This document shows, in pieces, positions 48,854 to 62,587 of a stretch of 64,000 nucleotides of DNA. Positions within the stretch are counted from its first letter, which is position 1. Every line of letters starts with the position of its first letter. Origin of the DNA: Macrostomum lignano. Lineage: Eukaryota. The translations under genes and the position numbers were made by a program. The notes under the pieces are model-generated. The model was not told where the DNA came from. It did no database searches and worked only from the letters and a program-made list of their open reading frames with translations. The DNA lies in assembly GCA_002269645.1 (NCBI GenBank), contig NIVC01001242.1, forward strand, positions 124,001-188,000, in the 5' to 3' direction.

Positions 48854-50780
48854 TGACTGACTGACTGACTGACTGACTGACTGACTGACTGACTGACTGA
48901 CTGACTGACTGACTGACTGACTGCCTGCAAATTAATCGTATTACCACCTTCCAGCCAGGTTCCCCCAGCACGTGGGATCTGAATACAGCCTGCAGTTACG
49001 TTGTGCGCCCAAATCTGCCACCCACGTGTTACAATCGAAGCAACGACGTTGCTGTGATCTGTACGGGCAGGCTGACAACAGGCGCTCCTGCGTCTACTGT
49101 GACGCCGAACATGGCGACTGTGGCGCCAACCGTGTGCGACAGCAACGTCACCAACCTGCGGCTTGAGCCGGGGCCGACCGAGGGCATCGTGCTGATTCAG
49201 AACGCCACTGGTACCAACTTTGGCAGCGTTTGCGCAGCCGGATTCGGAGTGAACGAAGCAACCATGTTTTGTCGTATGCTCTGCCAGAATGCGTAAGCTT
49301 CTTTGAAGTTAAAATATGCTACTTTGCATGTACCAAAAACGGTGTTAAAATCCTTATTTTTTGTATAAACCGATGACACGCGGAAAGATAAAAGAGAATG
49401 GGGCAGTGTAGGACGTACAAGCTAAACATTCAGTACATTATAAACTCAGTCAGCTGGTCTGTCAGCCGATAGAGTTGATGGACTTAACAAAATAGAAACA
49501 AATTTACTGCAGCTAGCCCCGTGTGAAGCATGATTAAATTTGGAAGTTTTTTTTTACCCTCCAGCACGACGAATGCAATCGGGATGACGGGTCTGTACCG
49601 AACCGTGGCCCTAGCCTATCCGGTGATGCTGTCGGGGCTGTCTTGCCCGGCTGGTGCCACCAGCACCAACGACTGCACGCACAATGGCTGGGGCGTGGCA
49701 TCCGCCTCCTGCTCTCAGGCCAGAGCTGTCACGGTGCGTTGCGCTCCGGTTTCCCTCACTGCGCCTCCGGTGCCGCGGCCAACAGTTCAGTGCCGCAACT
49801 ACCAAGCTTTTGTGTACTTCTCCATTGCCGACGTACCCGCGTCGTGGCTGCTTAGCCTAGCTGGAACTTATAATGCAGCCACGTGCAACTTCACAGTCGG
49901 ACAAAATGGCTCCAATGTATGGGCAATCATACCATACATGGGATGCAACAGCGTACAATCCACAAACACAACCCACGTGACCTACACATCGAGTCTGTAC
50001 AAGAATGTCACCATGGTTGGCGGAGTGTATCTGGACACGCCCTACGTCATGCAAATCGTTTGCGCGATCCCAAAAGCCAGCGACGTGACGGCCGCACTCG
50101 TGCCAGACGCTCGGACGGTCCCACCAGTAGAGAGCGGTGACTCTTACACGTCCGAAGTTCGAATCTTCCGTGACTACATGAGCGGAAACTTTAGGAATGA
50201 GATAACGCCAGGCTCAAGGCTGGTCGTTGGCACCAAAGTCTATGTGAGAGTGCAAGTGACCAGCCCGCTGAATTTGCGCCTTGTGGTGAACAGCTGCTGG
50301 GCCACGAACAGGAACGATGGCACAGGTTCTACATATTTCCTAGTGAAGGACAAATGCGCAAGTACTGGGACAACGACCATCTTCCAGTGGGACTCAAAGA
50401 CTGTTGGAATAATCTTCCAAGTCATGTCGTTCACGCTCATACCCAGCAGTACGCCTATCTACGTGTACAGCAACGTGACAATCTGCTCGGAGGGCGACAC
50501 ATCAGACACCTGCGACCAGGTCTGCGGCAGTGCTGTTGGACGTCGTCGCAGGCGCGACCTATCAGCGCAGAAGCTGGGCGAAAGCAGTGCGCAGACATTC
50601 AACGGCCCGTTTCGGATGGAGATGCCGACTGAGGAGGAGTTGGCAGCCGCGGCGGAGAAGCGGAAGCCGGCCCCAGCGCCGGGCCCGGAGCCTGTTCTGG
50701 CTACTTCGACAGCGTCGGTCACGCTGGCGAGCAAGGCTTCTGCTGCGTTTTCAGTTTTACTGCTCTATAAACTGTTTTAG
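47200..50780 (+). CDS. DMBT1-like protein: signal peptide, 2 SRCR, ZP module, RRRR furin site, hydrophobic (GPI-like) C-terminus, about 621 aa
   Basis: Exons 47200-47248, 48124-48386, 48955-49292 and 49565-50780 with canonical sites and an in-frame total. SRCR hallmarks are VRLVG..EGVVEV..G.YCD..VICAMLGY and NDVAVIC; ZP hallmarks are the Cys pattern, LVVNSCWAT and FLVKDKC. Confidence 0.85.
48398..48922. repeat. (GACT)n/(GACC)n microsatellite in intron 2 of the SRCR-ZP gene
   Basis: A tetranucleotide array that interrupts SRCR domain 1 between exons. Confidence 0.97.
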
Positions 50781-51554
50781 CGCTTCATCTGGACTATTTA
50801 ATCAAAGTAAGTTTTATGCTGTAAAAATAGTTTCAAAAAACGAAGCGTAGTAAAATTGTACCTACTGGAGACCGGATCTACTTGAAAGAGCGTGTTTTAC
50901 ATTCAATATTGGCGCCAGATTATTGCGATGTCAGGAAGTTGATAATCATTAATGTCACTTCTTAAAAGTGAACTTCTTATATTTTTATTAATCTCTGACA
51001 ATTGAAAAATGTTTTAATATTAAATCACTGACCGTACACTGTTTAATGTCAATTAATAGCTTTCTAAATAGCGCGCCTTAAAACCTATTGAGGATTAATT
51101 TAAAAGGCTAAATAGATATTTGAAAACCTTCTAGCGAGCTACTGTAAAATGCCTCTACTTCATACAAATTGCACTACCGAAATGTAGTGTATTTTTGGCT
51201 CCAAAGCTCTGCGACACCAGCTGAAACTAAAATAAAAAGTTATTTCTTTAGAAGCAGCAGATTTCTATCGTTTGAAAATTCTAATCTGTATTTTAATCAC
51301 AAGAGAAAAAACTTGGATTTTGAGCTAACTTTCCTTTTGTCATAATGCTATGAAATACAGATTATTGGTAATATACTATCAACAGCAAATAATTATGTTA
51401 TTTGATATTCGAAGTCAATAAAATTAGAAAATTTTCAATAAGATCAAGAACTTGTTAAATCATTTGCTAGAATCGACCCACATAGCTGGACACTATAGTG
51501 ATTCCGAAATAAAACTTCTACGAAAAGATGGACAATTTTTTGATGGACTCCTCA

Positions 51555-52250
51555 AAATGTTGGGCTCCACCAACAAAATTACCCTTAAGTGGGAATGAGT
51601 TAGCTGACGCCCTTGTAAAAGTTGGCGCCTTCGGCTCCTCTCTCGAGCCTGAACCCATTGTCCCGATTCCCGGCTGTCATCGACTCGCGCATCAAGGCGT
51701 GGATCAGGACCCAGCACCGCTCAGCTTGGGCGAACTGCACTACCGGCAGGCAATCCAGAGGCGCTGTCCCTCAGCCCTCTCACCAGCTCCGGAAGCTCCT
51801 CCTGCGCCTCTCGCGAAGAGACATCCGGGCTGCTACCATGACCCTCTCGGGTCACGGCTGCTTCTCCAGGCACCAGTACCTGCAGGGCAATACCACCAGC
51901 GCCAACTGTAGTTTCTGAAACTCAGGTGACGAAACCGCTGAACATTTCGTCAGAATCTGTCCCGCCTTCATGCGAGCCAGACTCGAGCCACACACATCAA
52001 TTACTGAAGCGTCGAACCCGACAATTTTAATCAGCTCATGCGCTACCTCCGGGCCACCCGCAGGGCTGAACTCGCCCTTTCAGAGAGCACCATAGCTGCT
52101 GGCGACACTGGGGGACCTCCCTGGGCGGCGCCAACTCTTCGTCCATAGCGATCGACGCGTCGGCCGTTCAGGGATTAGCGGAATGGGCGCCCACGCCTTC
52201 ACGTTGCGTCCCTCCAGGACAGCCCTGAAGCTAAGTCAACTAAGTCAAGA
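51555..52250 (+). mobile_element. 5'-truncated non-LTR retrotransposon (RNase H end plus CCHC knuckle; I/LOA-like), decayed
   Basis: W.P....SGNELADALVKVGA (end of RNase H), TLSGHG, C-SF-[C]...ETAEHFVRICPAF, frameshifts, and a CTAAGTCAA tandem tail. Confidence 0.8.
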
Positions 52251-54330
52251 TGACTGAACTTGTGAACAACAGAATAACTAAAAAATGTATAGAAGTTGCA
52301 CTGAAAAAGGAATAAACGTTCTTTTACTAAAATTAAAAAAAAATTTTTTGATTTAATAATCAACTGAATCGAATAACACTCCAGTTAATTGACTGATCGC
52401 CTACGCTTGAGTAATTAATCAAGGATCTCAAGGCTATTTAAGTTACAGCATATCCTGAAAAAATCATTTTTATAAATCCATCAAATTTAATAAACTGGTT
52501 TGCTCTTTTAATAGGATGAACGAGTTTTTAAGGTAAAATGTGATACTAGAGTGCTTCCAAACAGTTTATTTATTAATCCTTTATACTTTATTCGCTTGTA
52601 AGCATTTACATGTACAAACATAAGACATAAAAACATTAGGAGCGTATTATTCTTTTTAATAAGTTGTCGTCAACTAGAAACCCTTTAGAACGCAGATCAG
52701 TTCTACTAATCAAGGTGTAAAACTGCAATAGTGTCCCAAAAAACAGAGGAGAATACTGGGCCCACTGGGAAATCAAACAGATAAGCTAAATCAGCTAAGA
52801 GATTTAAATTTGCGTATATTCCATTCATACCCAACGTCCAGTTTCGTTTGTCATCATTTATCCGCAAAGCGCTGCACTTAGTGTCTTGGGTAGGCATTTT
52901 CCTATAAACAAGATTTAGACAGAAGGATAAAGGCTACGCTGTAAATTGGAAATTTTCGTGCTCGCAATCGAGTGACTTTGACTAAGAAAAAACAAAAAAT
53001 TACAGTTTCCAGATTAAATAAAATGTTTTTTACACATGTAATCGTGTAGAATCACTCTCGTTAACTACCTTAGTAATTTTTTTCAAGGGATTGACAGCCA
53101 AAAGGAAATCAGTCATGGCATATAAACTCACTTTCGCATTTTTTTGTTGCAATAATATGCCGTGAACTGTCAGCAAAGGAGGCCACTTGAAAATAATCTA
53201 GTTTGTTATGATCAGAATTCTTCAAAAATGCTGAAAAATGCATTTTTTTATCGACTCGATAGGAGTTGATGTTCTTCAATTGTTCTTTAATTGGAATTGG
53301 TTAAAATACTAATTAATGATTTTTAGTCATCACGACCTTGAAATGCAGCGCTTAGAGTCATTTTAGATTTTCTTTGAAAAACTTGATTTGCATTGCTTTG
53401 ATGCGGATGCAAGTAAACGCGCTTTACGGAAAAGGGTGAACAGTTGTTTTCAGTCTCGTAAAAAGGCTACAGATTTCACCCTCCCCCCCCCAACACTATT
53501 AATCTTCTGGCCCAGGCAATTCTTAGTACTCAAATAAAAACAAAAAACAGCTAACCCTGACCTTCAGTTATATAGAACAGAATCAATAATATATCTTTTC
53601 TCTGAACTTAAAGATTGCAAATCATATACTTTCACTTGAAGGTTTCAGCCGATTCCATAGCAGGTGCACACACACGTGATGTGTCTGACCCTGATAAAAT
53701 ATATAATTTTTCGCAGGAAGTTTGTGAGCACCGTGCAACATCAGCGACATCGTCCAACAAACAGCGGTAAGGTACCGTTGACTCCTGACTACATACAACC
53801 GTCCCGGTACTGTACAGTGCTCCGATCATGTATTCACTTATTTTACCTTCCGCGGTTGATAATGAGTTAACGCGATAGGTCAATAGAAAAATATTAAAGT
53901 CGAAATTTTCACGTCAGTTGGGAGCGGGTAGTTGTTAAGTCTCTTAGGATCACACATAAGGTAAGAAAGGTAATAATTTTAGAAATGGCTTATGAATTCC
54001 AATAAAATCTTGATTGATAGATGAGATGATTGCATATTTAATGCGTGACGACTGTTACACGATGCCTAATTCGAGTCAAGGCTGCGTGATCAAAGTGAAT
54101 TTCGCCTTTACGACAATTTATGTCGCCTCAGACTTTTCAGTTCGACAAATTTATGTCGAAGCCAAGCATAAAAAGAGGAAATTTGCTCCCGCACAACGTC
54201 ACTAGCAGGTAGCGACGTTACTGCAAATTTACTGCAGTTATAATTGGCAAATATTAGTACTATTATTAGAATTTTAAGAAATCCAACTACTGAGGTATTT
54301 TCTATTTCTCGGACTATATTTAAGACCATA

Positions 54331-54640
54331 CTAATAATGATAAATAATATTTAATTACACCTGCTGTAATGGCCAGATGTGCAACCGACAGCTCAGCCGC
54401 AGCTATTGCGCGGCGCATCTGAAGGCTGCGTACGGCTGTTCCGTCCAAGGACTGGGAGGGTCGCCACACACCCTCAATTACCCCAGCTAATGCTGGCACC
54501 CATTTTACAGCTGGGTGAACTGAAGCAATGCAGAGTCAAGTGTCTTGCTCAATTGACACAAATTGTTCCGAGTGGGTCGAGAACCGAACCCCCGACCTAC
54601 AGTCATGAGTCCGATGCTCTAACCTCAAGGCTACAACCCC
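54331..54640 (-). mobile_element. tRNA/CORE SINE, near full-length
   Basis: tRNA-like head at the right end, CORE-like CACCCAGCTGTAAAATGGG on the minus strand, and an (TTA)n-like tail. Confidence 0.9.
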
Positions 54641-55219
54641 GGCATAAGACTGTAATACTCGTATTTCGTCGATGCTTTGAGTAGAGACAATTAAGCATAG
54701 AGTAAGTATAGTTCCGCAAGCAAATTTTTAGTGCAATCTAATTAGTAAAATCATAAATGAAAAATTGCCTACAGGCGGCGGTAGAGCGCTTGTCTGACTG
54801 AGTTCAAAAAGCGCATTCACGGAGGCGGAGCACGTGATTTTGAGAGCCCCGACGATCAGACTTGAGTTCAAAGAAAGGCCAACCTCTCGTCTGAGCTAAC
54901 AAAGGACTACGAGCGTACCGTCGCATTTTTCTACAATTGAAAGTTGCGTTTAGATTTTTAGATCTTTTTTCTAAGCCGAAATTCGTCGAGCCAAACTGCT
55001 CATCAAAGCCGAAAGCGCTTACAAAAGAGCATCCGCGAGTGCGTGTTCAACAACAGTCTGTTGCTGATACAAAACTGACAGATGCTTCGGCTCGTTTTAA
55101 TTCGACAGGAGTTTAAGTTCACCAAATATTCTAATTTAGTAAGTATTTTTAGTACATGGATCTACATGTAAATTTGAAACATGATAGCCGGCATTTGAAA
55201 AAGGTTTTGAACTAGAAAA

Positions 55220-56180
55220 TGGGGACACCAAATTCTGAAATGAAGACCTAATTAGGTAAATGGCACCAAATTAGTAAATGAACACAAATTAGGAACTGAA
55301 TACCAAATTACGTAATTATTACCAAATTGGGAAATTAATACCAAATTAAGAAATAAGGACACTAAATTAGAAAGTAAACAGCAAATTAGGAAGTTAGGAC
55401 ACCAAATTAGAAAATTGACACCAAGTTAGTGTAGGCCGTGCGCTACACTCTCTGCCCCAACATTATTATTCATGACTCATTCTCTCGCCTTTGAAACTTG
55501 TTTACCAGTTATCGACCAATCGCGCATCGATTCACCCCACCCCAAAATATTGAACAATAAATATATTGAGTTAACAAAGCCATACAGAGCCCACCTTTCT
55601 CGGCACGCAAATCTAGACTTCACAGTTGGGAAATTGACACCAAATTAAGAAAAAGGACTCCATATTCGGAAACGGACACCAAATTAGGAAATAGTCACAC
55701 CAAATTAGGAAATAGTCACACCAAATTAGGAAATAGTCACACCAAATTAGGAAATAGGGACACCAAATTAGGAAATAAGGACACCAAATTAGGAAATATG
55801 GACACCAAATTAGGAAATAAGGACACCAAATTAGGAAATAAGGACACCAAATTAGGAAATAAGGACACCAAATTAGCAAATAAACACCAAATTAGGAAAT
55901 AAGGACACCAAATTAGGAAATAGGGACACCAAATTAGGAAATAAGGACACCAAATTAGCAAATAAACACCAAATTAGGAAATAAGGACACCAAATTAGGA
56001 AATAGGGACACCAAATTAGGAAATAAGGACACCAAATTAGCAAATAAACACCAAATTAGGAAATAAACACCAAATTAGGAAATACGGACACCAAATTAAC
56101 AAATAAACACCAAATTAGGAAATACGGACACCAAATTAACAAATAAACACCAAATTAGGAAATGGATTCCAAATTAAGAA
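55220..56180. repeat. ~21-bp minisatellite ACACCAAATTAGGAAATAAGG
   Basis: Degenerate on the left and homogeneous at about 55670-56160. Confidence 0.95.
55431..55623 (+). repeat. Second copy of the ~190-bp element, inserted into a 21-bp minisatellite
   Basis: Aligns with 8455-8645 and interrupts the ACACCAAATTAGGAAAT array. Confidence 0.8.
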
Positions 56181-56569
56181 GTGAACACAGAATTAGGAAA
56201 TGGAAATTTTTTAAATCTCGGATTGCCCAACTACGCAACTACTTACAGTGTAATCACTGAAAAATGTGTGATGTTACAATACCAGCTACATCTATGCTCA
56301 ACAAATCTCATAACTGACCAGAATTTTCATGATCTTCACGAAATAAAAACTGCTCTCATAATTGGCACTTAGAAGCAAAGCATTGATAGGTATAAAATTC
56401 TCATCTAACAGACTAACTATGTCGTTGCATAGTTCAGAATATGGCCGGTTTGTCTTCAGATTGGTATCGGTTTTTCCTCATTCTTAGTTCATGCCTGAGT
56501 CAGGACTCTGCCTGCCTATCCCACTTCTCCACCTGACTCTCCTCTTAGCTGACTTTTGTGACTCTCTGG

Positions 56570-57160
<591 letters not shown>

Positions 57161-57559
57161 CTCCGTCACTCACTGAATCTCCGTAACTGACTGAGTCTTC
57201 ATCACTCTTTGAGTATCTGAAACTCTTTGAGTCTCCGTCACTCTCTGACTCTTCTCCGTCAGTCTCCATTTCTATGCAAACCTCTGACTCTCCGTTTCGA
57301 TTGAATTTCTGCTTCTTACTCAGTGGGTGTAAGCGAGTGTTAATGGTTTCAATAATTAACGTGCACCCTTTGCGCATACCCGGACGTACAGGGTACATGC
57401 GTTTGCACATGAACTTTAAACCAACTAATGACCCTTGAAGACCCATGCCAGGGAGCACAGGAGAACTTTAAGTTTAGGAGAATACTAATGCAATTTAAAC
57501 CATAGTTAAGTCTCGTAGACTAAACTATCGAATCAGGTATTCGCCGTCTCGGACGGAGC

Positions 57560-59656
57560 TCAATCGATATTGCGATCCAGTCGCTGTTCTTGAGTTAAAA
57601 TCTGCTGCCTGGCGTGGCAGAACAGCCGCTTAATCCGGGCTCTAAATGCCGTATTCAGACAGCAGTACAGACCGCCCGATGCGGCCGCGTGCAGGTAGAC
57701 CAGCAGGTTAAAGTACGGCAGCAACTTGATCAGCTGACTGGCAAGTTCCGGCTTACTCGGCAGCAGAAAATCGGCAAGAACCACCAGCAACTCTTTAGGT
57801 AGCCAGCAGATTATGAAACAGCCAACCAGCACAGCGACTGTTCTTAGCGCTTTGTTCCGTCTGACAATAGCCGTGTCTTGCACTGGCAGGACTATCTCCG
57901 GGCGAGTTCCCATCGCCATCAGGGGCACGTCCGGTTCTGTAAGCTGTTGGATCCGCTTAGCCACGAGGCTGTAGCTAATGCAGATGGCGGCCAGCGGCAG
58001 CAGCCCTGTGGCGGCTAGAAACGCCAGTGAAATGTACTTTTGCATGTGCTGATTTAGCCAAACTTCGACGCAGTGTGCGTACGGCGTTTGGAAGCTGGCC
58101 TCCGTGAGGTTGAGCGCCTCGGAGGCTGGGCGCTTCATTGAAACGGTGCGCAGCGAGTAGATAAACAGCATCGGGCTGGAAAACGTGACGGCTGCAACCC
58201 AGCAGATGGCCACCGGGCGGTTCCAAATGCTCTGGGTCTGTCCAGCTCTGGACCGAATAATTGCCATGGCAACCAGAGAGCAGATGTTGAGCAGAAGAGC
58301 AAAGGCTACAATTTTGACAGTCAAAAACAACAAAAATAGAATTTTATTTCAATGCGTTTGCGAACTTGACCGCTGACCCTTGATTTGTCTGGAAAATTAT
58401 ACTTCTTTTTCTGCTGGCATCTCTTTTATCTAATTCCATGTGTTGGATTTCTCTTTTTTGCTTTCTCATCCTAAAAAGCTGACCGCGAGCTTACATTCTG
58501 CACTGCCTTCTGCACTGCCGAGATACTCGTATTTTTGAGACACGCGAATTTTCTAAAATCATCAAATATTTTGCTGAGCCTAAATCTGACTAAATTCTGA
58601 CTGAAGTCTTCACTAATCCGAATGACTCTAATGGATTGATTTGCTAGGCTTTCCTAAAGTTTTCATTGTAAGTTTCAATCGGAGACATTAGGACATTAGA
58701 TTAGGACGCTCTGTCAGCACACTCGGGAAGGGTACCCTACCAGATTCTGTAGATTCAGCATCTCATCACTACGGCAAGACTTAAACTACCTACCATCCCT
58801 ACAATAATAATTAATAATGATAATCGATTAAACCTGCCCTAACAACCAGGTGTGCAACCGACAGCCCAGCCGCAGCTATTGCGCGGCGTATCTGAAGGCT
58901 GCGTACGGCTGTTCAGTCCAAGGACTGGGGGGGGGGGGGGCGGGTCGCCACACACACCCTCAATTACCCCAGCTAATGCTGGCACCCATTTTACAGCTGG
59001 GTGAACTAAATCAATGCAGAGTTAAAGTGTCTTGTTCAAGGACACAAAGGTGGATCGAGATTCGAACCCCGGACCTTTAAGTCGTGAGTGCGACGCTCTA
59101 ACCACTAGGCTAAATACAACATCCTATCAAATCTCTACCCTACAGTTTCTAAATAGAAATGCAGATCTAGCCACTCTTAGGCGTGAGGGTGAATCTCACA
59201 GATAAAACTAATTGGCACTAGTTAGAAACACTGGAAATTAATAATGAAAGCACTGAAAATACCCTACAGCATTGTGTGCAATACGAGTTAAGAGACTCAA
59301 ACACCTCAGCGCTCACCGTGAGAGAAGCCTGACAACTTGCAGCCAATGTTTCCCAGCAGCCAAGACTTATTGATGATGAGCGACAGCTTCAGCGGGATGC
59401 ACACCGAGCTCACTAGGAGGCTGGACGCGGCCAAGTTCAACATCAGACCGGGGACTCGGCGCCTCAGGCTGGGATACCAGGCCGTGACCGCCAGTACAAA
59501 ACCGTTGCCAAGTAGAGCCAGCGACATCAATAAAGTGTACAGGACTGTCTCCACCCAGTCAGCTGAGCTAAGCCTGTACAGGTTCGATCGCTCCAGCTCG
59601 ATAGCTGTCAGTATGGCCTCATCGGTGGTATTGGCCCACTGAAAAGTGTAGAGCAT
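57560..59656 (-). CDS. Rhodopsin-family (class A) peptide-receptor-like GPCR with atypical motifs, 2 exons, about 361 aa
   Basis: Exon 1 is 59656-59317 (alternative upstream ATG at 59788) and exon 2 is 58305-57560, joined by a phase-1 GT-AG intron. There are seven hydrophobic segments, TM1 GN, ECL1 WLLG..GCK, an ECL2 Cys (CVEVW) and TM6 FIICWLP. Confidence 0.85.
58800..59112 (-). mobile_element. tRNA/CORE SINE in the GPCR intron
   Basis: High similarity to 54331-54640, with an expanded G run in the middle. Confidence 0.9.
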
Positions 59657-60454
59657 CGGCGGGGGTGTGTCAGTGAGGAAGCGCAAGTACAAGCATGAAA
59701 GAGGCAAAGCAAAAAAATAGATTCGTGAGAATTTAAACAGCTGCGACTGAACGAAGGGGAAGAAAATGCCAGGCAAGAATGAATCCACTGTGTATTGGAA
59801 GAGACCTGCAGGCGTTTTTGTAAGCTCGTGGGTGATTTCCGCATTTCGCTGAGAGGAAACTCAATTGACACTTGCACTTTCTACTGAACAAAAGGCTCGA
59901 GATGCTGTCCTTCCGTTCGGCGATGAAAAAATGAATGCATGTATGCTGTAGTTATTTAGCTTTTTATGAAATGCATCCTTAAAGCTCTCTCAGCTTTTTT
60001 TCTAACATATTGCCCCGGACTGAGCCTCCAAATTTACACATCAGAAGCTTCGTTGCCATCGATCGTTCTGTTGGTTGGGCTTGAATTTATACTACTGGTA
60101 ATCATCCAATGTGTGTCATCTATATGAGCATTGGCCTCGAAATGACAAGTCAATTACTGATTGATACATATTAGTTAGGTTGATTATCTCAGTAGTGGCG
60201 TACATGAAATAAAGTCTCATTTACCTGAGTGTCAACAGAAATGGTGAAAACTTCCATTTTCGAGCGCTGTTTCTATCGGTAGCTGACAGTAGAGAACAGA
60301 GAACAGCTCACAGAAATTGCAGTGGACTATTTGTCATCTTGAGTCTAATATGCGAGCCACCCCTCAGCTGCACAGACGTTCGTAGCCAATGAGAGAGCAC
60401 AGCCATTGGGAACTGAGGTAAAACGGATTTAGTGTAATCAACTAGCAATCTAGT

Positions 60455-61195
60455 GCCCCCCCCCCCGATAGCAAGCGGCCCCCGATAGCAAGCATCCTCC
60501 GATAACAAGCATCCCCCGATAGCAAGCAGCGCTCAGCAAGCATCCCTAAATAGCAAGCATCCCCCAGATAGCATGCATCCCCCAGATAGCAAGCATCCCC
60601 CCAGACAACAAGCAACCCCCAGATAGCAAGCATCCCCCCTGATAACAAGCAACCCCCAGATAGCAAGCATCCCCCTGATAACAAGCAACCCCCAGATAGC
60701 AAGCATCCCCCCTGATAACAAGCAACCCCCAGATAGTAAGCATCCCCCAGATAGTAAGCATCCCCGATAGCAAGCATCCCCCAGACAGCAAGCATCCCCG
60801 ATAGCAAGCATCCCCCAGATAGCAAGCATCCCCCGATAGCAAGCATCCCCCAGACAGCAAGCATCCCCCAGATAGCAAGAATCCCCAGATAGCAAGCATC
60901 CCCCCCTGATAACAAGCAGCCCCCAGATAGCAAGCATCCCCCCCCTGATAACAAGCAACCCCCAGATAGCAAGCATCCCCCCTGATAACAAGCAACCCCC
61001 AGATAGCAAGCATCCCCCCCTGATAACAAGCAACCCCCAGATAGCAAGCATCCCCCCTGATAACAAGCAACCCCCAGATAGCAAGCATCCCCCCTGATAA
61101 CAAGCAACCCCCAGATAGCAAGCATCCCCCCTGATAACAAGCATCCCCCGATAGCAAGCATCCCCCAGATAGTAAGCATCCCCCAGATAGCAAGC
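60455..61195. repeat. Minisatellite of alternating GATAGCAAGCATCCCCC / GATAACAAGCAACCCCC units (~19-21 bp)
   Basis: Tandem array with a higher-order dimer structure. Confidence 0.95.
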
Positions 61196-62587
61196 CTTCA
61201 AATTTACAGCTTTAAATTGACGAGTTTGATGCACTATAATTGATATTTTGATCAGATCTTTGCTCAACGGTAAACCCTTTGAACGTTAAAACCACTGGTA
61301 CTTCGCGCCACCGCTGCCGGCGCCCCCTTACAAAGACACCGCTCCCCCAAGGACTCCCAAAAATTTTGGCCACAAAAAACCCCTGTCGACAACAGATATT
61401 CATTTTGGGATTTTTAACCTGCATATTAGGCTTACAATGACTACGCTAAAGTATATAATTCTATCTTCAATTATGAAGCCAGTTTTGCGTGATCCCGCAG
61501 CTTCTACTCCGCTTTGTGGTCATCTACGTCGGCAATGTAATTCGATGGCCATGCTTTTCAACATGCGATCCAGCCACGAATGCACATAAGTAAGCCTCTT
61601 AGTTCGATACATAATTTAAAGTTCACATTAGCCTATCACGCAGTTGTCGTGAGATTTCCTCACACCCTAGAATCACGCCAACGCGACCTAAAGGCTTTGT
61701 TTACTCGTATCTATTCGGAGTAATTTCCTGCATTCTTCATGAGCTAAATATCTTTCCGTCACAAGTGAAGCAGATGTATCGAGAATGGAGCTCAACTTCT
61801 ACCGGTAGTCTCAGATTTTGCCTATATGATGAGATTCATCAAACGAAGGTAAAGGAAACGGTTCATACTTAATTGGCACTGCTTAACGGTTAGGCAGGGC
61901 CAAGGCCAGGAAGACGGGCGCACCGCGGAGGCAGTGGTTCAGCAAGCATCTGACGGCGTTAGTTGGCAGACGCTTGATACTGAGCTACCTTCAGTGCGTG
62001 GCGCAGCAGTGATGGGTAGAGCGCGTCCAGTGCCCGCTCTCAATCGGCTCTTCGGCCGCGCGGAAATATCTGGCAAGTTCATGCTAAGGCTTAGGCTAAA
62101 AAAAAATCGCATTGCCTTTGGGAACAGAATACGCACGAAAATTAATCTTCCCCAATGATAAAGCTTCACTGATGAACCCGCGGTAATCTCGAGGCATCAG
62201 GTGCAGTGCTGAGCACGAGTCGCTCTTGTACTTATACAGAAGCGTGTCTGAAATTAGGTAACGTGACTGAAAAAAACAGGAAGATTTTTTTTTATTTAAT
62301 GCCGCAAGTTTCTTACCTCGACTAATTTTTAAACGATGGTACTTATATATTTATCATCAGTAAAGGTTTCGGTGGTAGAATTGAATACAATATTTCAGAG
62401 AATTAAGCAGCACGAAATAGGTTAGATGAATGAGTCACAGGCCCCCTGGTTCAGATAAAAGTTGCGCTACTCAAAAACTAATGTAAATCAAAGAGGCAAC
62501 CAACAAGCTCGTCGGATACCACGAGTTTAACTTTTGCTACCTCTTGAACGTGGCATCCACCAGGAGAAAGGGGTAGGGATTGCCAAC

